DNA from: Acidimicrobiales bacterium
Lineage (GTDB): Bacteria > Actinomycetota > Acidimicrobiia > Acidimicrobiales > CADCTF01
Direction of reading: 5' to 3'
DNA length: 64,000 nucleotides
Assembly (NCBI GenBank): GCA_035540495.1
Contig: DATLGL010000064.1
Location: 4,265 to 68,264 of the forward strand
Part shown: positions 15,468 through 23,751 of the stretch, piece after piece
Position numbering within the stretch: the first letter of the stretch is position 1
Layout of the letters: each line of letters begins with the position of its first letter
Notes under the pieces: model-generated
Databases searched by the model: none
What the model was told of the DNA's origin: nothing
What the model saw: only the letters and a program-made list of their open reading frames with translations
Translations under genes and position numbers: made by a program

Positions 15468-17090
15468 CTAGGTGAGCGCGTTGCGGCGCTGCTCGGCCCG
15501 GCGCTCGGCGTCGAGGCGCTCGAGCTCGGGGGACGAGTAGTCGACGAAGTTCATCAGCTCGGCGACGGCGTGGTGGCCGGCCTTCTCCTTGATGAGCCGG
15601 TGCATCTCCTGGGCGACGAACCGGTACTCAGGGTGGCCTTGTGGACCCGATCGCAGCTCGATGAGGTGCATCGCGGCCCGAGCGTTCATCTGCATCACGT
15701 ACCGGATCCGATACGCGAGCGACACGGCGTACGACGCCTGCGGATCGCCGACGTGCTCGTGCAGCGCGTCATACAGCGAGGCCGACCGTTCCATCGCCTC
15801 GACGAACTTCTCGTCGGCGCCTGCCTCGGCGACCGCGGACGGCAGCGTGTAGCCATGGCGTGGGGTGAGCCCCTGCCACTCGATGGTGAGCATCCGGTGG
15901 CGCTGGAGGTCGCGGAACGCGCCGTAGTCCGACAGGATGTCGAACCGGTAGTCGGTGCGCTCGAGGGCCCGCCCGGGACGGTGGCGCCGGTTCCCCCGCT
16001 CCCCCGCGTAGGCGCGAACGACGGCGATCTTGTCGTCGGTCGACATCCGCCGCACCCGCTCGAGCACCGCCTCCTCCGAGAGGTGCGTGTGCGGATACAG
16101 CATCGCGGCGACGACCTTGTGCTCGCCGTCGGGATCCCAGTCGACGAGCGCCACGGAGGTCTCCGTCGCAGGGTCGCCCGCTGGTCCGGCGATGTCGTCC
16201 GCGAGCAGCTCCGCCGCGACGTGGTCGATCGCCTTCCGGTTGGTCTCGAGGTAGGCCGACCACGCGCCGCCACGATCGGGGAGGTCGACGCGGCGGAGGA
16301 AGCTCGGGATGACCTTCCGCAGCTCCCGCAACATCAGGTCGGCGTAGGTACGCGCTTCGGGAAGCGGGTGGGCTCGCATGCGAAGCAGCAGCTGCTCGTA
16401 GGCCTGACCCGTGCCGTAGATCCCGACGTTCGACTGCGCCGCGGCAGGGAGGATGCCCCGCACCGCGTCGAACGCCTTGGCGCGGATCGCCTGGCGATGG
16501 ACGAAGTCGGAGTCGCCCGCCTGCTTCGGGAACTGGACCGTGAAGTGCTGCTGCATCACCGGCACGAGCTCGGCGTAGGCGTCGAACAGCCGGTCCATGT
16601 CGCCGATGTACCGCAGCCCGACGGGCGAGCCGAGGATGTCGGGGTCGCGCCAGAACCGGTAACGCCCCTCGACCCTCGTGTCGTACGGGATGTAGCGCGT
16701 CGACTGCTCGAGGTAGGCCATGAGGCGACCCCACTCGAGCACCTTCGTCAGCAGGTTCGAGGCCTGCTCGCAGGCGAGATGGACGCCGCCGAGCTGGGCG
16801 ACGGAGTCGTCGCCATACTCCATGAAGACCCGCTCGTAGAGCTCCTCGGCTCGCTTCAGGCCGACCGTGGCGTCGATCGTGGCGTCGCCCGAGATGTCGA
16901 GGTCGCCCACGAACTCGTCGAGGAACAGCCGGCGAAGGCTCTTCGACGAGCGCGAGTAGCGGGCGAACAGCGCGCCCTTGACGACCTCGGGCAGGTTGAC
17001 CAGCGCGAAGACGGGCTGGTCGAGGTTCGTGAAGTAGCGGCGAAGGATCGCCTGCTCGTCCGGCGTGAACTCCTCGGCGGTGTAGAGCAC
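15468..17090 (-). CDS. long ThyX-like (Thy1 domain) FAD-dependent thymidylate-synthase-family protein
   Basis: The C-terminal half has the ThyX RHR signature (AFRDLQRHRMLT). The N-terminal half shows YFTNLDQPVFALVNLPEVVKGALFARYSRS. The first ~60 codons of the track ORF have poor G/C3 and were discarded; the start was set at GTG (VLYTAEEF) and is uncertain. Confidence 0.7.
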   Translation of the reverse strand: MLYTAEEFTPDEQAILRRYFTNLDQPVFALVNLPEVVKGALFARYSRSSKSLRRLFLDEFVGDLDISGDATIDATVGLKRAEELYERVFMEYGDDSVAQLGGVHLACEQASNLLTKVLEWGRLMAYLEQSTRYIPYDTRVEGRYRFWRDPDILGSPVGLRYIGDMDRLFDAYAELVPVMQQHFTVQFPKQAGDSDFVHRQAIRAKAFDAVRGILPAAAQSNVGIYGTGQAYEQLLLRMRAHPLPEARTYADLMLRELRKVIPSFLRRVDLPDRGGAWSAYLETNRKAIDHVAAELLADDIAGPAGDPATETSVALVDWDPDGEHKVVAAMLYPHTHLSEEAVLERVRRMSTDDKIAVVRAYAGERGNRRHRPGRALERTDYRFDILSDYGAFRDLQRHRMLTIEWQGLTPRHGYTLPSAVAEAGADEKFVEAMERSASLYDALHEHVGDPQASYAVSLAYRIRYVMQMNARAAMHLIELRSGPQGHPEYRFVAQEMHRLIKEKAGHHAVAELMNFVDYSSPELERLDAERRAEQRRNALT

Positions 17091-17134
17091 TGGCCGCGAG
17101 GTTACGGGGCCGCGCCCCCGGGGATGGTGACCCC

Positions 17135-17395
17135 GTGAGCTCTGACCGCCCGACGGAAACCGCGGCCCACTACACCGACGACTCGCCGGTCGCCGATCCC
17201 CGGGCTGCGGAGCCCGCGGATCCCGGGGATCCGGCGTCGCGCGAGAACGAGCAGCGCCTCGAACAGACACCCAAGACGGGCGGCGCGCTCGACACCGCTG
17301 CGGCGGCGCCCACGGTGCCGTCGCTCACGGTGAACGCAGGTCTTTCGTCGGATGCGAAGGCCGACGACGACCTCCTCGCGCCCGGCGGCGGCTGA
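17135..17395 (+). CDS. possible small acidic, disordered protein ending in GGG
   Basis: 86-aa ORF with clear G/C preference at codon position 3, whereas the opposite-strand frame is poor. No domain recognised. Ends ...DDLLAPGGG. Confidence 0.4.
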   Translation: MSSDRPTETAAHYTDDSPVADPRAAEPADPGDPASRENEQRLEQTPKTGGALDTAAAAPTVPSLTVNAGLSSDAKADDDLLAPGGG

Positions 17396-17426
17396 CCCGC
17401 GACCGGCGCCTGGCCCGGGCTTGGCG

Positions 17427-18419
17427 TCAGTGGCGCACCACGATCTTCCCCAGCTGCTCGCCCCGCTCGAGACGCTCCAGCGCAGCCGGGAACTGGTCGA
17501 GGCCGTCGAACACCTCGTCGACGACGACAGGTGCGCGGCCGCTGGCGACGATCGTCGTCACCTCGTCGAACTCGGCGTAGGAGCCCATCGTCGAGCCGAT
17601 GATCTCGTGCTGCTTGAAGAACAGCCGGGGCAGGCTGATCTCGACCTTCGACCCCGCGGTGCCCCCGCAGGTGACGAGTCGGCCGCCGGGGCGGAGCGCT
17701 CGGATCGCCCGGTCCCAGGTGGCCGCGCCGACGTTCTCGAACACGACGTGGGCCTGGACAGGCCACGGCTCGTCGGAGCTCGAGTCGAAGGCATCGACGG
17801 CTCCCCACTCGATGGCTGCGCGTCGCTTCGACTCGTCGCGAGAGGTGCCGTAGACGATGGCGCCGCAGGCGACACCGAGCGCGACGCCGGCTGACGACAC
17901 ACCACCACCGACGCCGACCACGAGCAGCGTCTCGCCCGCGTGCAGACGGGCCCGCTTCAGCATCCGCCACGCCGTCAGGTAGACGAGCGGGTACGCCGCC
18001 GCATCCTCCCAACTCATCGACGGCGGCTTCGTCACGACGTTCTCCTCGGGAACGACAACGAGCTCCCCGTGGGCTCCCCACCGGTGCTCGCCGAGGATCC
18101 CGAACTGCTTGCACAGCGGCGACTCGCCGGCGAGGCACCACGCACAACGGCGACACGAGACGGCGGGGTTGAGGATGACCTCGTCGCCGGCTGCGACCGA
18201 CGTGACGCCCTCGCCGACGCTCTCGATGACGCCGGCGCCGTCGGCACCTGGCACATGGGGCGTCTTCGGCTTCGGCATGCCTCGCGTGACCCAGAGGTCC
18301 ATGTGGTTCAGGGCGCTCGCCACGACCCGGACCCGGACCTCGCCGGGGCCGGGATCGGCGATGTCGATGTTCCCGAATCGGTAGCTACCGGGCGATTCGT
18401 CGAGGATCCACGATTCCAC
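17427..18419 (-). CDS. zinc-type alcohol dehydrogenase / quinone oxidoreductase (MDR superfamily)
   Basis: 330 aa. ASALNHMDLWVTRG, GADGAGVIESVGEGV, and a Rossmann segment LVVGVGGGVSSAGVAL. Confidence 0.9.
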   Translation of the reverse strand: MESWILDESPGSYRFGNIDIADPGPGEVRVRVVASALNHMDLWVTRGMPKPKTPHVPGADGAGVIESVGEGVTSVAAGDEVILNPAVSCRRCAWCLAGESPLCKQFGILGEHRWGAHGELVVVPEENVVTKPPSMSWEDAAAYPLVYLTAWRMLKRARLHAGETLLVVGVGGGVSSAGVALGVACGAIVYGTSRDESKRRAAIEWGAVDAFDSSSDEPWPVQAHVVFENVGAATWDRAIRALRPGGRLVTCGGTAGSKVEISLPRLFFKQHEIIGSTMGSYAEFDEVTTIVASGRAPVVVDEVFDGLDQFPAALERLERGEQLGKIVVRH

Positions 18420-18491
18420 GGCGGACGTTCTACTTCGACGCGTGTCGAGACAACGACTGGGAGACGATCACCCGGCGCAGTCGGCGCCTAA

Positions 18492-19103
18492 TCAGACGAC
18501 GACCCGCAGCGCGTCGGGTTCGGCGCGCAGCGACAGCACCCGCGCCTCACCGACGACTTCGCCGTCGAGGTGGAGCGGGAGGGGCTTCTCCAGCTCGATC
18601 TGGACCGCCGCCGCCCGGCGCTCCTTGATCCTCGGGTGGGGCAGGTGCGTTCCCGACGGCAGGCGGGCCCGGACCTTCCAGAGGTCGGCCAACTGCAGGT
18701 GAGCGTCGTAGGTGTCGAGCAGCCCGTCGTTGGGATGACCCCGCGGGCCGAGGTTCCACTCCCCCACCCACTGCGCGTTCATGGCGGCAACGGCTCTGGT
18801 CCACCACCGGTTGCGGGCGATCGCGTGGGCGACAAACAGGTGCAGGCGCCCGTCGACGAGCACCTGCCCGACATCGACCGTGAAGGTCACTGCTCGCTCC
18901 GACCGCAGTCGCCTCTCGTCGCCTGGTCCGGCGAGTGTCCGGCAGAGGTCTCCCGCGAGCAGGCCGAGCACTGGGAACGGGCGCCCGTCGCGCCGGCACT
19001 CCTCGAGCACCCGTCGAGCCTCTGCGTCTGATCGCACGACGACCCCGTCGTCGGGCAACGGCACGCCCGGTTCCCCGTACGGCGAGCCCTTCTTGATCGT
19101 CAT
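18492..19103 (-). CDS. conserved hypothetical protein (resembles diacylglycerol-kinase accessory domain), coupled to helY
   Basis: Start at MTIKKGSPYGE; ATG 19101-19103 overlaps the helY stop (ATGA). HPNDGLLDT...LHLDGEVVG resembles the DAGK C-terminal domain; this call is tentative. Confidence 0.55.
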   Translation of the reverse strand: MTIKKGSPYGEPGVPLPDDGVVVRSDAEARRVLEECRRDGRPFPVLGLLAGDLCRTLAGPGDERRLRSERAVTFTVDVGQVLVDGRLHLFVAHAIARNRWWTRAVAAMNAQWVGEWNLGPRGHPNDGLLDTYDAHLQLADLWKVRARLPSGTHLPHPRIKERRAAAVQIELEKPLPLHLDGEVVGEARVLSLRAEPDALRVVV

Positions 19104-21745
19104 TCGCCGTCGGAGGCGGTGACCACCGACGACGCGGCGACGACACCGCGGAACAGCGCGTCGGCGGCACGACGGCACGATCGCCGGGTGTCTTCCGACG
19201 CAGCCACGTCACCCAGCTGACGGAGGAGGTCGATGAGCTGCTTGATGTTGCGGACGAAGTCGCCGCCGGTCATGTCCTCGTCCTGGATCACCCTCGACAG
19301 GTCGTCGCCCTTCGCCCACGCGAACGCGAGGCCGATGAACCCCGGATCCGGGGGCCGCGTCGGGGGCAGACCCGCGTCCTCCTCGGCCAGGTTGAGCTCG
19401 CGGGCGATGTACTCGAGGTTCCCCCACCGGTCGCGCAGCGGGCCCTTCGGGAACCACGGCGCCGGCCCTGGCCCGGGGCCCCGCGTCTCGTACGTGAAGG
19501 TGCTCGCCAGCGCCGCGCACTCCGGCGGGCTGAGACCGTCGAACAGCTCCGACCGCAGCACCTCGGCGACGAGGAGGTCGCTCTCGTGGTAGATCGCGGC
19601 GAGGTTCTCACCCGCTGGCGTCAGCGACCACCCGTCGCCAGCAATGTAACCCCACGCCTCGAGGATCCGGAGCACCCGGTCGAACTGGCGGGCCAGCGAC
19701 TCCGACCGCCCACGGATCTGGCGCTCCGTGGTCCGCAACTCGCGCTCGCGCTGCGAGGCGCGACGGGCAGCCATCACGTGTGACCGGACGTCCGGGCACC
19801 GGCCGACCGGATGCGCGGCGACGATCTCGGCCAGCTGGATGGCCTTCTTCGCCTTCGCGGAGGACGCGTCTTCGCCGTCGACGCCGTTGCCGCGGATCTT
19901 CGCCCGTCGGAGGCGGTCAGCGACCTGACGGTGGAAGTTGTGGTTGTTCGGCAGGTACGGCCGAGGCAGTTCGATCGTCCCCACGGCGCGGGGCGGCGCC
20001 GGGAAGTCGCGCCCGGAGAGCTGCATCCGCTTGCCGCCCAAGGTGACGACGCCGAGCACACGTCCGGCCTTGCGGGACGCGGTCGTGATCACCGCGTAGC
20101 GCCCACCTTGGGCCATCCCAGGCACGACGAGGACGTCGCCAGGACCCAGCCGGTCGAGCGCGCGCTCGACGTCGGTGCGGCTGACCTCCCGCCGCTTCGC
20201 GACCTGCTCCGCCTCTGCCGACAGGCGCATGTACTCGTCGATGTCGCCTTCCTCGCACGCGGCCGCCTCGCGCAGGCGGACGATCTCCTGCTTCAGCTTC
20301 TCGAGCCGGCGCTCGGCCCGGACGATCTCGCTGTCGGACCGGTACTGCGCGAACGACAGGTTGAGCAGGTGGTGCGCCTCGGCAGGCTCGTAGCGGCGCA
20401 CGAGGTTCGCGGCCATGTTGTACGTGGGGCGGAAGGCGGAGCGCAGCTCGTACGACCGGGTCGAGGCGAGCGAGGCGACCTGATCGAACGGCACGAACGG
20501 GGTCCACAGGACGATGCCGTAGCCGACGTCGTCGATGCCCCGACGGCCGGCTCGCCCCGTGAGCTGGGTGTACTCCCCCGGTGTGAGCTTCTCGTGCGCC
20601 TCGCCGGAGAACTTCGTCAGCTTCTCGATCACGACCGAGCGCGCGGGCATGTTGATCCCGAGCGCCAAGGTCTCGGTCGCGAACACCGCCTTCACGAGGG
20701 CCTCGGCGAAGCAGGCCTCCACCGCCTCCTTGAAGGGCGGCACCATCCCTGCGTGGTGCGCGGCGACGCCCGCCTCGAGCGCGGTGATCCACGAGCCGTA
20801 GTCGAGCACACGGAGGTCGTCGTCCGACAGGTGAGACAGCTTCGCCTCGGCGATGGCGCGGATCTCCCGTCGCTCCTCCGGCGACGTCAGCCGGATGCCC
20901 TCCCGTAGGCACTGCTCGACGGCGTCGTCGCAGCCGTTCCGACTGAAGATGAAGTAGATCGCCGGGAGCATCTCCCGCTCGCGCAGCGCGTCGATCACCT
21001 CGGCGCGCCGCGGCGTGAACAGCCGGCTCCGCTGGCGCGGTTGGCGGTAGCCGCGGTTGACCACGGAGTGCCGGTCGAGGGCTTCGGCCTCCGGGTTGGG
21101 GCGGCCGTCGACGAGCGTCGGCATGAGCAACGGGCGCTCCAGGTGACGGTCGCCGACCATGAAGAGGTTGTGCAGCGTCACCGGGCGCTTCTCCTCGATG
21201 ATCACCTCCGTCGCCCCTCGGACCGTGTGGATCCAGTCGCCGAACTCCTCCGCGTTCGACACGGTCGCCGACAGGCACACGAGGTCGACCGTCGGGGGCA
21301 GGTGGATGATCACCTCCTCCCACACCGGCCCGCGGTACGCGTTCTGGAGGTAGTGGACCTCGTCGAGCACGACGTAGCGCAGCCCGTCGAGCGTCGACGA
21401 CCCGGCGTAGATCATGTTGCGGAGGACCTCGGTCGTCATCACCACGGCAGGCGCGTCGCCGTTGATCGAGTTGTCGCCGGTGAGCAGACCGACGCGGTCG
21501 CGGCCGTGGCGGTCGACGAGGTCACCGAACTTCTGGTTCGACAGCGCCTTCAGGGGCGTCGTGTAGAACGCCTTCCCGCCTTCGGCGATCGCCTTGGCGG
21601 CGGCGTACTCGGCGACGACGGTCTTGCCCGATCCGGTGGGCGCGGCGACCAGCACCGACCGGCCCGCGTCGAGCGCGTCGAGGGAGCGCTCCTGGAAGGC
21701 ATCGAGCTCGAACCCGAGCGAGGTCACGAACTCGGCGCGGTCCAC
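19100..21745 (-). CDS. helY: Ski2-like DEAD/DEAH-box RNA helicase HelY
   Basis: 881 aa. AAPTGSGKT (motif I), VLDEVHY (DEVH box), a C-terminal DSHCT-like region, and conserved tatA-tatC-helY synteny. Confidence 0.9.
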   Translation of the reverse strand: MDRAEFVTSLGFELDAFQERSLDALDAGRSVLVAAPTGSGKTVVAEYAAAKAIAEGGKAFYTTPLKALSNQKFGDLVDRHGRDRVGLLTGDNSINGDAPAVVMTTEVLRNMIYAGSSTLDGLRYVVLDEVHYLQNAYRGPVWEEVIIHLPPTVDLVCLSATVSNAEEFGDWIHTVRGATEVIIEEKRPVTLHNLFMVGDRHLERPLLMPTLVDGRPNPEAEALDRHSVVNRGYRQPRQRSRLFTPRRAEVIDALREREMLPAIYFIFSRNGCDDAVEQCLREGIRLTSPEERREIRAIAEAKLSHLSDDDLRVLDYGSWITALEAGVAAHHAGMVPPFKEAVEACFAEALVKAVFATETLALGINMPARSVVIEKLTKFSGEAHEKLTPGEYTQLTGRAGRRGIDDVGYGIVLWTPFVPFDQVASLASTRSYELRSAFRPTYNMAANLVRRYEPAEAHHLLNLSFAQYRSDSEIVRAERRLEKLKQEIVRLREAAACEEGDIDEYMRLSAEAEQVAKRREVSRTDVERALDRLGPGDVLVVPGMAQGGRYAVITTASRKAGRVLGVVTLGGKRMQLSGRDFPAPPRAVGTIELPRPYLPNNHNFHRQVADRLRRAKIRGNGVDGEDASSAKAKKAIQLAEIVAAHPVGRCPDVRSHVMAARRASQRERELRTTERQIRGRSESLARQFDRVLRILEAWGYIAGDGWSLTPAGENLAAIYHESDLLVAEVLRSELFDGLSPPECAALASTFTYETRGPGPGPAPWFPKGPLRDRWGNLEYIARELNLAEEDAGLPPTRPPDPGFIGLAFAWAKGDDLSRVIQDEDMTGGDFVRNIKQLIDLLRQLGDVAASEDTRRSCRRAADALFRGVVAASSVVTASDGE

Positions 21746-21755
21746 GGTGACGGTT

Positions 21756-22517
21756 CTACCGCTTGAGCAGTCGTCCTATGAGGATCGACACCTCGAACAG
21801 GAGGTACATCGGCCCTGCCATGGCGAACAGGGTGATCGGGTCCTGGCTCGGGGTGATCACGGCCGCGAACACGACGATCCCGACGATGAACCCTCTCCGG
21901 GCCTTTCGGAGCTGGCGGGGGTTGATGATGCGGGCCAGCTGGAGGAAGACGAGGAGGATCGGGAACTCGAACGAGATGCCGAAGGCCAGCACGACCTTGA
22001 GATAGAGGCTGAGGTACTTCGACGGGCTGAACAGCGGAACCAGGTCGGGACCGCCGATGTTGATCAGGAAGTCGAGCGCCTTCGGGAACGTGATCACCGC
22101 CAGGACCGCACCGCCGACGAAGAGGATCATCGACGAGACGATGAACGGGATCGCGAAACGCTTCTCGTTCTTGTGGAGCGCCGGCGTGACGAACCGCCAG
22201 ATCTGCCACAGCACCACCGGCGCGGCCAGGATGCCGCCCACGAACAGGGCGATCTTCACCCGGGTGGTGAAGCCCTCGAGCGGGTCGATGACGACGAGCC
22301 CGCAGTCGTCGCCCTTCTTCGCCTTGCAGTACGGGTCGACCAGGAACGACAGCACCCGGTTGGCGATGACGAACCCGAAGACGCCGCCGATCGCGACCGC
22401 GATGGCGATGCGGATGAGGCGGGTGCGCAGCTCGGCCAGGTGCTCGACGAGCGTCATCCGCGCGAGCTCGTCGCCGGGTACCGCCTGCCCGCCGGGCCGT
22501 TCGGGAGCCATGGTCAC
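21756..22517 (-). CDS. tatC: twin-arginine translocase subunit TatC
   Basis: 253 aa with 6 TM segments. MTLVEHLAELRTRLI is the canonical TatC N-terminus. Confidence 0.95.
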   Translation of the reverse strand: MTMAPERPGGQAVPGDELARMTLVEHLAELRTRLIRIAIAVAIGGVFGFVIANRVLSFLVDPYCKAKKGDDCGLVVIDPLEGFTTRVKIALFVGGILAAPVVLWQIWRFVTPALHKNEKRFAIPFIVSSMILFVGGAVLAVITFPKALDFLINIGGPDLVPLFSPSKYLSLYLKVVLAFGISFEFPILLVFLQLARIINPRQLRKARRGFIVGIVVFAAVITPSQDPITLFAMAGPMYLLFEVSILIGRLLKR

Positions 22518-22822
22518 GGCAGGTCGCCCGTGCCGTCGACCGGACGCGCCGGCGGCGGCGGGGCGGGCGCGACGTCGACGTCAGGAGCAGGCGCAGGTGG
22601 CGCGCCCGGCGCTGGACCCGGCGGCGTGGCAGCAGTCGTCGACGGCGTGGCAGGCACGTTCATCGCGTCCCGCAGTTCGTTCTGGAAGCCGGTTCCGATC
22701 CGGCGGACCTCACCGATGAACTGCCCGACCTTGCGCGCAGCCTCGGGCAAACGGTCGGGTCCCAGCACGATGAGCGCGACCAGGAGGATCACCAGGATCT
22801 CGGCCGGCCCGACGGTTCCCAT
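22514..22822 (-). CDS. tatA: twin-arginine translocase TatA/E-family protein
   Basis: GPAEILVILLVALIVLGPDRLPEAARKVGQ (TM plus amphipathic helix). 4-nt overlap with tatC. Confidence 0.9.
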   Translation of the reverse strand: MGTVGPAEILVILLVALIVLGPDRLPEAARKVGQFIGEVRRIGTGFQNELRDAMNVPATPSTTAATPPGPAPGAPPAPAPDVDVAPAPPPPARPVDGTGDLP

Positions 22823-22902
22823 ATCGGTCTGAGTCTACGGAGCGGCCCGGTGTCTGGACGGCGGCGCGCCGGTGAACGGCAAACGACCCGGCAGCTCAGG
22901 AC

Positions 22903-23112
22903 TCAGGAGCGCTGAAGCCGCTGTGCCCGGCGGGCCACGCCGGACCGAAGGAGCTCGGCATCGGAACGCAGCTCGATCAGGGCCGGACGCAGCTCCGAGA
23001 ACCGCTGCACCTCACGGCGCAGCTCCAGGATCTCGGCGGCGACACGCCGCGCGAGCAGCAGGAGCGGGAGCACGGCCAGCACCACGACCGCAGCGGGGAT
23101 GAGCCACATCAC
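22903..23112 (-). CDS. small membrane protein, unknown function
   Basis: 69 aa with one TM segment (WLIPAAVVVLAVLPLLLLA) followed by a helical basic segment. Good G/C3. Confidence 0.5.
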   Translation of the reverse strand: MMWLIPAAVVVLAVLPLLLLARRVAAEILELRREVQRFSELRPALIELRSDAELLRSGVARRAQRLQRS

Positions 23113-23157
23113 AGCAAGCCTCCTTCCCCGCCCCCCGGATTCGCAACCGGATTCGCC

Positions 23158-23526
23158 TCAGCGAGTCCGGGGATCGACCTCCGTGAGCCGCTCGAACCAG
23201 CCGTCATCCTGGAGGATCTGGTGGAACTCGAGCAGGTCGTCGTAGGTGAGCGGGTCGCCGGTGCGCGGCTCGTCGAGCTCGGCCGGCAGGCTCCACACCG
23301 ACAGGCGGACGCCGGACGACACGAGGAGGTCGACGATGCGCTGCTCGGCGAGCTTCGACACGGCGATCTGGCACTGGGGGCAGCGGAACGCGTACGACCC
23401 CTGGTTGTTCGTGGCGCAGACCTGCACGGTCACGTCACGCGACGTCAGTTCAACATCCCCGCAGGTCGGGCAGCTGGCTCGGATGGTTGCCACCAAGGTC
23501 TCCCTTCGATGCCTCGGCTTTGCCAT
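23158..23526 (-). CDS. zinc-ribbon protein, unknown function
   Basis: Start at MAKPRHRRE. CPTCG...CPQC Cys pairs. The upstream part of the track ORF was discarded. Confidence 0.6.
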   Translation of the reverse strand: MAKPRHRRETLVATIRASCPTCGDVELTSRDVTVQVCATNNQGSYAFRCPQCQIAVSKLAEQRIVDLLVSSGVRLSVWSLPAELDEPRTGDPLTYDDLLEFHQILQDDGWFERLTEVDPRTR

Positions 23527-23751
23527 CGGCCTCTTCCTCTCCTGGGTTGAGCACCGTCTCGAACGGCGCGAACGCCGCGCTCCGGCGTCCACTGCTCCGA
23601 TCGGCAGCACCGGAGGCCACCTGAGCGGCTGAGCACCGCTTACCGCGTGATTTCTGTCGCCGACGAAGGCGGCGAGTGGGCGGGCTAGTCCGATCGGGTG
23701 GGCGAAGAATGGGCCTCAAGGGCCTGGTGACCTACTCCCGACACTCTGAAC

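Noticed and set aside
22872-23102. 76-aa plus-strand ORF opposite the small membrane protein gene.
   Set aside because: The minus-strand ORF 22903-23112 has the better third-position bias and a clean TM helix. The plus ORF is Arg/Ala/Pro-rich shadow sequence.
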